Assembly: GCA_963664875.1 (NCBI GenBank) | Contig: OY761611.1 | Coordinates: 1,835,656 to 1,899,655 of the forward strand | Direction: 5' to 3' | Origin: Candidatus Kapaibacterium sp. | GTDB lineage: Bacteria; Bacteroidota; Ignavibacteria; Kapaibacteriales; UBA2268 | DNA: 64,000 bases | Shown: positions 1-9,400 of the stretch, piece by piece | How positions within the stretch are numbered: position 1 is the first letter of the stretch | Layout of the letters: the number at the start of each line of letters is the position of its first letter | The notes under the pieces: generated by a model | Told to the model about the DNA's origin: nothing | Databases searched by the model: none | What the model saw: only the letters and a program-made list of their open reading frames with translations | Program-made: the position numbers and the translations under genes

Positions 1-34
1 TTTGTTGTTTTTTACCCGAACCGAGAACAGCACC

Positions 35-1324
35 ATGAAACCACCATTTTCTGATAAAGAAATTGTATTTGAATTGCCTCCTTTTGAATCTGGTATTCTG
101 AAAAACGGCACTGAATACTATCTAATAAATGATTCTAACCAGACTATTACTACTATAAATATAATTGCCCCTGCAGGTGCTTATTTTGACAAAAAAAACG
201 GAACAGCAGCATTTGCTGCAAAGCTAATGCAACGAGGCACTATCAAACACAACGCCACTGAATTGAGTAGATTAATCGAAAATATGGGGCTCAACCTTTC
301 GGGGTCAGCTCTTTGGGACGAAGTTTCATTCAATCTGACAGGGATGCCTCAGTTCATAGAAGATGGTCTGGATTTACTTGGCGATATATTATTTCATCCT
401 ACATTCGAGGAAAAAGAACTTGAGTTTCTGAAATCCAAAACTATTTCTTCGATTGAACAAGACTTGGTAAACCCTGCTTACTTGGCTCAAGTTGCTTTCA
501 ATACTAACCTTTATAAAAATCACCCTTATGGCAGATCACGTGTCGGCACAATAGAAGAAGTTACTCTTATTGATAGGAATGATTGCATTGAGTGGCATAA
601 TAGTTTGCTAAAATCTAAGATGTCAATTTTTGTAGCCGGCAATTTTGCCAAAGATAGAATCCTTTCAAAATTAGAAACCATATTTTCATCCGCTAATTTA
701 ACGGATAATCAACCGGTTTATTCTCAAGTAGCATACTCTCTATCAGCAACTCCAATACTTGCCGAAAAAAAAGAAGCTCCACAAGTTACTGTCAGATATG
801 GTTTCCCGACGATAAACAGAAATGATGCCGATTACCCATATCTGCAGTTAATCAATACAATCCTTGGAGGATACTTCCTCTCTCGATTGAATAAAATTAT
901 TCGTGAAGAAAAAGGTTATACTTATGGGCTACATTCGACTATAGAAAATAGAAAAGCTTCGTCGGCTTTTTATATTTCGACGGATATAAATGCAGATAAA
1001 GTAAAAGAAACATTAGCAGAAATTGATAAGCAAATTGATATAATTGCCTCAAACAAAATACCTCACGAAGAACTCTTGCAGGCACAAAGATACATTCTCG
1101 GCATTTTTCTCAGATCTACTGAAACTCCTCAGCAAGCTGCCTCACTTATTAGAACTACAAAAATCTATGGGCTGCCGATAGACTACCACAAGCAGTTAGT
1201 TTCTAAAATCAGTAAAGCAACGCCTGAAATGCTCATGCCGTATCAAGCTAAATTTTTTGGTAAGGTTCCAAAAACTATAGTACTTTGTGGTGACATAGAT
1301 AGAATAAAAGCACAATTAGGCTAA
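35..1324 (+). CDS. M16 (pitrilysin) family peptidase-like protein, probably the non-catalytic partner subunit
   Basis: ORF 2..1324 with a likely ATG at 35 (MKPPFSDKE). About 430 aa with M16 two-lobe architecture. No HxxEH zinc motif is visible (AAFAAKLMQRGT sits at that position). A catalytic partner may lie just upstream of the window. Confidence 0.7.
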   Translation: MKPPFSDKEIVFELPPFESGILKNGTEYYLINDSNQTITTINIIAPAGAYFDKKNGTAAFAAKLMQRGTIKHNATELSRLIENMGLNLSGSALWDEVSFNLTGMPQFIEDGLDLLGDILFHPTFEEKELEFLKSKTISSIEQDLVNPAYLAQVAFNTNLYKNHPYGRSRVGTIEEVTLIDRNDCIEWHNSLLKSKMSIFVAGNFAKDRILSKLETIFSSANLTDNQPVYSQVAYSLSATPILAEKKEAPQVTVRYGFPTINRNDADYPYLQLINTILGGYFLSRLNKIIREEKGYTYGLHSTIENRKASSAFYISTDINADKVKETLAEIDKQIDIIASNKIPHEELLQAQRYILGIFLRSTETPQQAASLIRTTKIYGLPIDYHKQLVSKISKATPEMLMPYQAKFFGKVPKTIVLCGDIDRIKAQLG

Positions 1325-1445
1325 ATGCAACATTTCGGCATAAAGATTGAACTAAATCATATAATTAATTATATTTTCCATTATACTAATTATCCGATAA
1401 GTTTGTCTTTATATTAGGTTCTGCAACTCATAAGGAAATATTGAA

Positions 1446-3302
1446 TTGGCAGTCAACAATCAAATACTTGCATTTATGCCTGATAAATATAAAAATGAAG
1501 TCTCGTCCGCTTTAGCTGGCTTTTCAGTTGTTTTTTTTGACAAGATGTTGGATTTCATTGAAGGACTTTCTGAGTCAGACGCCTCGGCTGCTCTAATTAT
1601 GTCTGATGAAATCAGTTCACTAAGCAGTGCAATCTCGCATAGTGCTAATTCTGATATTCCTATCATCCGGATTATAGCAAATTACACGGAAGAGCATATT
1701 GTAAATTCTATAAAACTTGGATTTGACGAATGTGTAAGCTTATCAAATATTATACGACTCCCCAGAGCCATCAGAGCGTTTGAAAACTCATACAGCAATA
1801 AGAGGAAAAGCTCAAAAATAAAAATAGCCGGAATTAAAAAAGAGCTTCTTGAGATTTTTGATTTGATGCCAAATATGGTTCTTCTAAAAGATGCAGATAC
1901 ATTTAACTATGTATATATTAATAGGAAAGGCGAAGAGCTCCTCGGTGTTAGTCTGCCAAATATTATAGGAAAAAATGTATTCGACCTCGTCCCCGAAAAG
2001 TATGCGGAAATATTCCATCAAAAAGATTTGCTAACACTCAAATCCACATCCCCTGTTTTAGTTGAAGATACTTTGCTTCCAACTAAAAGGGGTGAGATAA
2101 AGTGCTTTGAAAGCGTAAAAATTCTTATACAAAACGGTGACAAGAACAAAAAATATATTTTGGAATTTTCGCTTGATAATACACTAAGACGAAGCATCAA
2201 AGAAGAACTTGAAACCACGCAATCAAGATTCGACAAAATATTTGTAACAAGTCCAAATATTCTAATCATTGAATCTTTGCAAACAAGGACATTAATGAAT
2301 GCCAACCCCGCTTTTGAAAAACTAACCGGCAGGTCAAAATCTGAACTTATTGGTAAATCTTTCAAAGACTTAGGAGTTTGGATTGATGATTATAAAATAG
2401 AAGAAATGCTCTCTGCTGCTATCGATACAGGCAAGGCTCACAATCATTCCGTTCGCCTTATGGATGCAAACGGCGAATTGAAATATTACCTTATCTCCAT
2501 TGATTATCTATCTATCGAAAACAAAGAATGTATGCTTTACACTGGTCAGGACATCACTGACAAAAGCGAAGGTGAAATTGAGCTCAAAAGACTTCTACAG
2601 AAACAAAGAAATCTTGCTCAGCTCAAAAACAGATTCATTTCTCTTATCTCTCATGAGTTTCGAACTCCACTAACTACTATCATGCTGTCTGCTGATTTGC
2701 TCAAAAGATACTCACAGGCTTGGGACGATAATGAAAAAACGAAACACTACGACCGTATAAAACAAACAATCCTGAGTATGACAAAAATGCTCGAGAACGT
2801 TACTATACTTAGCAAAATAGAAAGTAAAGAAATCGATATCTTCCCTGAAAGAATCAATCTAACACAATTTGCTCAGGCGATGGCTGAAACCGCAGCTCTG
2901 AATATGCCGTCAGCTAATGTGATTCAAGTGACTAACCTCAATCAAAATATTGAGGAAATAGTATCAGACGAAAACCTGCTTGGGCTTTCGTTGATAAATG
3001 TCATATACAATGCTATAAAATTTTCAGATAGCGACAAAGGAATAGAAATCGAAACTGAAGTAAAAGAAAAAATAGCCAATATTAAAATTAAGGATTCCGG
3101 CAAAGGAATCAAAGAGCAAGACTTACCTTATGTTACTCAAGCTTTTTACCGCGGCGATAATACAGTCAACGTTCCAGGCTACGGGCTTGGTCTCGCAATT
3201 ACTAAAAAATCAATAGAAATGCTCGGAGGCACTTTGTATATTAATAGTACTCAAAATCTTGGGACTGTTGTTTCGATTAGCATCCCGAGATATTTTTTAT
3301 AA
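1446..3302 (+). CDS. PAS-domain sensor histidine kinase with a degenerate N-terminal receiver-like domain
   Basis: H-box SHEFRTPLTTI, plus HATPase N and G boxes (NAIKFSD, DSGKGI, GYGLGLAI). Two PAS-like segments. N-terminal ~120 aa are REC-like but lack the acidic pair. TTG start at 1446 or ATG at 1476. Confidence 0.85.
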   Translation: MAVNNQILAFMPDKYKNEVSSALAGFSVVFFDKMLDFIEGLSESDASAALIMSDEISSLSSAISHSANSDIPIIRIIANYTEEHIVNSIKLGFDECVSLSNIIRLPRAIRAFENSYSNKRKSSKIKIAGIKKELLEIFDLMPNMVLLKDADTFNYVYINRKGEELLGVSLPNIIGKNVFDLVPEKYAEIFHQKDLLTLKSTSPVLVEDTLLPTKRGEIKCFESVKILIQNGDKNKKYILEFSLDNTLRRSIKEELETTQSRFDKIFVTSPNILIIESLQTRTLMNANPAFEKLTGRSKSELIGKSFKDLGVWIDDYKIEEMLSAAIDTGKAHNHSVRLMDANGELKYYLISIDYLSIENKECMLYTGQDITDKSEGEIELKRLLQKQRNLAQLKNRFISLISHEFRTPLTTIMLSADLLKRYSQAWDDNEKTKHYDRIKQTILSMTKMLENVTILSKIESKEIDIFPERINLTQFAQAMAETAALNMPSANVIQVTNLNQNIEEIVSDENLLGLSLINVIYNAIKFSDSDKGIEIETEVKEKIANIKIKDSGKGIKEQDLPYVTQAFYRGDNTVNVPGYGLGLAITKKSIEMLGGTLYINSTQNLGTVVSISIPRYFL

Positions 3303-3375
3303 ACTCCTGTATAATATCTTTTTCTTATCTTTATATTTTAAGATTAAGATATTTATAAATATATAGGAGTTATAA

Positions 3376-4791
3376 ATGGCAGCAAATACTGCAAAAAGAA
3401 CACCTTTCCCGTTTAATTACTGGGTTGCCATCATTTTCGAGTTTTTCGAACGTGGCTCATACTATGGTGTAATGAGTATTCTTTCAGTTTATATGACTGA
3501 CCAGCTTGGCTTTAGTAAAGAAGGCGTAGGTGCTCTTAAATCAACCATTCAACCTATACTTTACTTCCTTCCTATTCTTACCGGAGCAATTGCCGACAGA
3601 ATGGGTTACAGAAAAACACTACTCGCTGCGTTTTCACTTTTAGGTTTGGGATATTTCCTAGCTGCAGGGACTACTGAGTATGTTCCCATCTTTTTGTTCC
3701 TTGTAGTGATGGCAGTTGGTGCGGGTACATTCAAGCCAATTATCTCCGGCACAATAGCTCGGGCGACAGATGAAACTAACTCAACTATTGGATTTGGCAT
3801 TTTTTATTGGTCTATCAATCTTGGAGCGTTTTTGTTCCCATTGATAGTAGTACCATTCTTAAAATCCATCGACCAGGCTTATGTCCTTTATGCAGCTGCA
3901 ATAGGAACAGGAGCAATGATTATTCCTACCATCTTCGTTTTTAAAGAACCTGAAAGAGGCGAAGGTGAAAATACAGCTCGCGAGCCGCTTGGCAAAATGA
4001 TAAAAGATGTTTTCGAAAAAGTTTATATCGTTTTCCTCGATTTCAAATTTATTCTGTTTATTGCACTTTATTCAATGTTTTGGATTTTATATTTCCAAAT
4101 GTTTGACACAGTGCTTTGGTATGTCAGAGACTTCGTTGACGCCACACCATTAAATAATTTTGTCTCAGGCGTGTTAGGTTTTGACTGGAAATTTGACGTA
4201 GAACACGTTACTGTTATCAATGCTTTCACAATAATTGTTTTGCAGCTGTTTATATCCTCGATAGTAAAAAACACAAAAGCCCTGCCTACCATCATTACGG
4301 GAATCTCTATCGGCACAATAGGTATGGCTATTCTTGCTTTAAGCTCCAATATTTGGGTTTTTATGGCTGGTATCACTATTTTTTCTATTGGCGAAATGAC
4401 AGCTCATCCAAAATATATCTCTTACCTCGGTCTAATTGCTCCGGCTGACAAAAAAGCAACATATATGGGATTTGGATTTCTATACGGATTCTTTGGTTCG
4501 CTAATTGGTGGCATTTTGGGTGCAAAACTCTATGTATGGTTTATAGATAATCCTATGATAGGATTTGTAAAAGCAAAAATGGCAGAGCTTCAGGCAGGTT
4601 CGCCTTCAGCTACGATGACAGTCGAACAGGCATTATCTAAAGCAAACGAGCTCGGAATTGCAAAAGAGCAGGTCGCCTCTGCTGCTTACACATCTGAGCT
4701 TTGGCTTCTGTTTTCGGGTATAGGAGTGCTTTGCATAATTTCCTTATTACTTTACGACAAATTTATCGGCACCAGAGAAAAAGCTCAATAA
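3376..4791 (+). CDS. Proton-dependent oligopeptide transporter (POT/PTR2 family, MFS)
   Basis: POT signature FEFFERGSYYGV near the N-terminus and GAGTFKPIISG. Multi-pass hydrophobic protein of 471 aa. Confidence 0.85.
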   Translation: MAANTAKRTPFPFNYWVAIIFEFFERGSYYGVMSILSVYMTDQLGFSKEGVGALKSTIQPILYFLPILTGAIADRMGYRKTLLAAFSLLGLGYFLAAGTTEYVPIFLFLVVMAVGAGTFKPIISGTIARATDETNSTIGFGIFYWSINLGAFLFPLIVVPFLKSIDQAYVLYAAAIGTGAMIIPTIFVFKEPERGEGENTAREPLGKMIKDVFEKVYIVFLDFKFILFIALYSMFWILYFQMFDTVLWYVRDFVDATPLNNFVSGVLGFDWKFDVEHVTVINAFTIIVLQLFISSIVKNTKALPTIITGISIGTIGMAILALSSNIWVFMAGITIFSIGEMTAHPKYISYLGLIAPADKKATYMGFGFLYGFFGSLIGGILGAKLYVWFIDNPMIGFVKAKMAELQAGSPSATMTVEQALSKANELGIAKEQVASAAYTSELWLLFSGIGVLCIISLLLYDKFIGTREKAQ

Positions 4792-4799
4792 CAATTCGC

Positions 4800-4842
4800 A
4801 ATCCCCTTCTTATAAAAACAAAAATCAGAAGGGGATTTTGTT
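4800..4842 (+). terminator. Rho-independent terminator after the POT transporter gene
   Basis: AATCCCCTTCT / AGAAGGGGATT 11-bp stem followed by a T-run, 9 nt after the stop codon. Confidence 0.7.
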
Positions 4843-5107
4843 TCTCTGTTATTTGTCATTAAAACTGTAAACAAGCTTTGTATAATGCATTAGGACAAGG
4901 GAGTATGCTCCATTGTTCCGGTAGCTAAGATTACTTTATTACTAATGGACTAGGGGTTTTAACCCCTCCTCATCATAGCATTTAACTACAATGCTATATT
5001 TTCTAATGCTATTTTTAGGTTTATATGATAAAAAAAAGGATAAACCTTACTTATCATAAGATTTACCCTTAATATTAAAATTTATTTGTGCAGAAATCTG
5101 ATTAAAA

Positions 5108-6001
5108 TTAGCCTACCATGCCTGCATCTTTTAGTGCTTTAGCAATTAGTTCTTTATTATGAGGCAAAATCGGAACAAGCGGCAATCTGAAATTTTCTTC
5201 GCAGTATCCGAGCATTGCCATAATAGTTTTAACAGGAACAGGATTAGTCTCTACAAAGTTATAAGCCATCAAATCCAACAGCTCATACTGAGTTTTAACT
5301 GCTTTTTTGAAGTTCCCGTTCAAGGCAGCTCTTATAGCATCGCCAAACTTTTTAGGTGCGTAGTTTGCAATTACAGACATAATACCTGCAGCACCTAACA
5401 TAATAGCAGGTAAAGCAAGCGAATCATCACCACAGTATAGCAAAAAATCTTTAGGTGCATATTTCATAATCTGCATCATTTGCTCCAAATCGCCGGAAGC
5501 TTCTTTGGTAGCATATACATTTGGAATTTCTTCTGCAATTTTTAATTGAGTATCAACTTCAATATTTACTCCGCTGCGTGATGGCACGTTATAAATTATT
5601 AGAGGTAAATCCACAGATTCGGAAACAGCAAGAAAATGCTGAAAAAGACCTTCCTGCGATGGTTTATTATAGTATGGAGTAACAAGAAGAGCAGCAGCGG
5701 CTCCATGCTCTTTTGCTATGAGAGTCATATCTATCGTTTGCTGAGTATTATTAGAACCCGTGCCGGCAATGATCGGTACTCTGCCTGCAGAATATTCAAC
5801 AGCTTGGATAATAAGAGACATTTTCTCTTTTGCGTTCAAAGTAGCACTTTCGCCTGTAGATCCGCCCACTAAAATAGCTTCAACTCCACTGTCGATTTGG
5901 AAATCAATTATTTTTTTCAGTGCATCAAAATCAATTGATAAGTCTTTTTTGAAAGGTGTAATTAAAGCAGGTATAGTCCCTTTCACTTGCTTAATATCCA
6001 T
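5108..6001 (-). CDS. dapA: 4-hydroxy-tetrahydrodipicolinate synthase
   Basis: Full-length 297 aa with GSTGESATL, YNVPSRSG and the active-site Lys context ATKEASG. Confidence 0.92.
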   Translation of the reverse strand: MDIKQVKGTIPALITPFKKDLSIDFDALKKIIDFQIDSGVEAILVGGSTGESATLNAKEKMSLIIQAVEYSAGRVPIIAGTGSNNTQQTIDMTLIAKEHGAAAALLVTPYYNKPSQEGLFQHFLAVSESVDLPLIIYNVPSRSGVNIEVDTQLKIAEEIPNVYATKEASGDLEQMMQIMKYAPKDFLLYCGDDSLALPAIMLGAAGIMSVIANYAPKKFGDAIRAALNGNFKKAVKTQYELLDLMAYNFVETNPVPVKTIMAMLGYCEENFRLPLVPILPHNKELIAKALKDAGMVG

Positions 6002-6413
6002 GCTTTTCCCCTGTAAAAAATTTATTTTGTTTCAAATTATGTCTAAAATAATATCAGCAAAAGTTGCTTTCGGTATATATAAGTCCTTAAAGTACAATTT
6101 AATCAATCATTGGGTAAATAAAAACACATTTTTAAAATATATTAACGTATAATTTGAAATATTGACTAAAATTAGACAAGCCTCGTCTCAAATATATATA
6201 GACTTATGCACGCTATTTAAATTGTACTGTATTGATAAATAGAGACTTACATAGCTTTTTGCCATGCCGTATTTTCTTTGTGGCATGATATTTGGACTTT
6301 GGCAAAAAAATCTATTTCAGAAAATTTTTTTTTGGTCGAGAAATAGATTAGCTAGCGCTATTTAAAACAATAGAAAATAAGTACTTAAAATAATAAATAC
6401 CTCGGAGGTATCG

Positions 6414-9400
6414 ATGAGTTATTCTTCTACCCGACAAGCAGGCAGAATTTTTCTTGCCTCTTTGTTCTTCTTACTCTTCGCCGGTTTAGAACTGAGCGCT
6501 CAGTATTACGAATTTTCCTTGCTCCAAAGGAGAAGATTTGACCAAATTGATGTTGAAGTCTGGGCGAAAGCTCTTCAGCAGGGTGCTCCTGCTCTGGGTA
6601 ATTCGTCTTTGGTTTTAGAGTATAACACTGCTTTTTTGTCTCCTGCAGCTACTCAAAACCTAAGTTCGACTGACAGTATCACTTTCAATGTGAACCAAAG
6701 CAATCCTATTGCGACGGTTAGCTCTTCTTTTAGTCAATCGGCTAACGGATACAATCCGCTCAGCTCTCGCTCTTACGGTATGGGATATTATGCTCTGGAG
6801 CTTAACCTTGCAGCCCTCGGTCAAGGTGGTGTATCACCGTCTTCTTCAGGTAAAGGTAGCTTCCTTGGCAAACTTACTTTTGACATATCGGGTAGCCCTA
6901 CCGAAAGCTCTTTGACTAACATTGCTTGGAGCAGCAACGTACTTCCGGGTGAAATTCAGGTATTTGATAAAGATTCTAATAGCATAAAAAGCAATATCAC
7001 TTTTAGCAATCCGGGCGATTACAATGTACTCGGTGTAACTATCCTCTCCCCTAATAAATACGGTCAGGTAGTCGATAGAGATGCTGATTATGCAGCTCTT
7101 TCAGGAGAATACACAAGCGGTGGCTATCCAATCTATTTCGAAAGAAGTATCAATCCTTCTCAATATACTGCCCCTATAGATGAAGACTTGGCTTATATGT
7201 TCCAATATTCTCTCAATAATGGCAGCACTTGGACTGAGATTGGCAGAGTGGCTGAAACTGACCAGCCTTCTACAACAGTGGGTATAAATGCTTCTTATAC
7301 GGCTGGCGAAATATTCAATCCTAACACCGGTACTTCATTTACAATCACAACACAAAAAGGTGAAAAGATTGACAATTCGAACTACCGTCAACCACTTAGA
7401 GTTGTTTGGGCTAAAAATCCTTTCTTTGTTGAACGCTCAGAACAGGCAAGATTGAAAATAATAAAATTGTCAGGTGCAGTGAGCACGCCTCTGAGCAATC
7501 GCAATCAAGATGTATATAATGATGTAAATGACCAAAAATTTGTACTTGGCAGACTTTTCTTCTTGCAGTTGGACGGTAACAGCCAGTACCTTGTTACTAA
7601 TGATAATTTTAGTAACTCTACACAGCTAACAGTAGAGACTTGGATAAATTTGAATGAATATCAAACAAGCGGTACCGAACCGGGTATAGTAGTTTCAAGC
7701 GGAGGTGCTAATGCTGCACCTATTCACGGTTCTAATGAAGGTGCATGGATGCTTTACCTGAAAGATGGAAGGATTCCTGCCTTCCGTGCAAGAGAAATCG
7801 AAGGCAGAGGAGATAACGGCTACATAGGTACAGTACAAGCTTATTATCTCGACTCACTGCTCGCTGCATCCGATGCTGAACCTCTTGATAACACCCATGC
7901 TAATAACTGGGTACATCTTGCAGCTACTGTAAATAATAACACGCTTAGATTATATGTGAACGGCGAGCTTGCCGATCAGGTAGTTAATAACAATGCTACT
8001 AATATCAGAATGCTGACTACCAACCACCCAGTTTGGATTGGTGTCAATCCTAATGGCGGAATCGAAGCAAACGACTATCTCCATGCAGGAATTAAAAGCG
8101 TTCGGGTTTGGAGAATAGCCCTAACTCAAGACGAAATAAGAGAAAGAGTTAGCGGCATATTAAACCCTGAAGATGTTAGCACTTACGGTGATGTAAGACG
8201 CGGTTTGCAGATGTATTTCACATTCGAGGGCGAACACGCAGATCAGGCAACAGAAACTACCTACCAAGGTGGCGCAGAAAGTCCTGACTTTTACACTCAG
8301 GGCACAGTTGACAATTTCGGAATGACTTACAGACCTGACCAGCCACACATTACTCTTACCAGTCCTGTGGCAGGAGCAGGTGTCTCTAATAGAGCAGGTT
8401 CTACTTTTGGAATCCGTTGGGTTGCTTATGGTTTGGGCGATCTTACAGCTACCGGTACAAACGATGTCGAAATTGAATACTCATTAGACGGCACTAACTG
8501 GTACTATGCAGAAGACGCAAGCGGAGCTCAAATCGGTGGAATTAATGCTCCCGATGTAGAACCCGGCTCAGCGATATGGGAACCTTACGAAAATGAAAAC
8601 AGTGCTGCTAATCTAAGAACTATTAATCCATATTCAAGATCGGTATATCTCAGAGCTCGAGGCACTGCAGCGAACACTCAGGATAATTTGATGGATGTTG
8701 TAGGTCCTTTCACTGTTGCTCCTTATTTTGCAATCAAAAAAGAAGAAGGTGCGATACTACTTCTCGAAGATAATGCAGGTATGAATATTACAGGCGATAA
8801 AGTCTTCATGGAAGCATGGATCAGACCTTATAGATTCCCGACAGAGGCAGAAGAATTCTTCCCAATTATTACAAAAGCTGATAGCACTGCTGATATGTTG
8901 CACTATAGCTTCGATTTGAGATATGATGGACGACTTCAGCTCAAACTTTCAACAGAAGACGGCAAGGTCAGAACAGCTATAAGTGACGCATCTTTTGCTC
9001 TCGAAAGACCTAATTCGGTATCTGCTGATTCCGTATGGTCTCATGTGGCAGTTTATGCTAATATCAATGGCGGAAGCGGTCAATCTGAAGTAATATTTTA
9101 TGTTGATGGTATCGCCCAAAGAGCTGATTCCATTACTACTCAGCTTGGTACAGATTTGACGCTCAACAGCTTAAACTCCTACCCTACTTATATCGGATAT
9201 TCTCCATATATGAATGTTACTAACGATGGGCAGAGCGTAATCAATGCTAAGCAGACAGAAAACATTGTCCTCTCAGGCAACATCAATTCCGGTACTCCTG
9301 CTAATACAGAAAGGAACTTTACCGGCACAATTTACGACAAAGATTACAACACTCATACATTCGACTTTAACCTTCTTAAAACGGATAATGCTAGAGAATT

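Noticed and set aside
4860-5100. Possible small RNA between the POT transporter terminator and the dapA 3' end (hairpins AGGGGTT-TT-AACCCCT, TAGCATT..AATGCTA, AGGTTTAT..ATAAACCT)
   Set aside because: The hairpins are short, unrelated to each other and not GC-enriched as a block. They are most simply the convergent-gene terminator zone. The shared ACTAATGG with the 16670 repeat is only 8 nt and probably chance.
6399-6411. Hairpin TACCT-CGG-AGGTA sequestering the RBS of the giant gene
   Set aside because: The stem is only 5 bp with a 3-nt loop. That is too weak to argue for translational control without other evidence.
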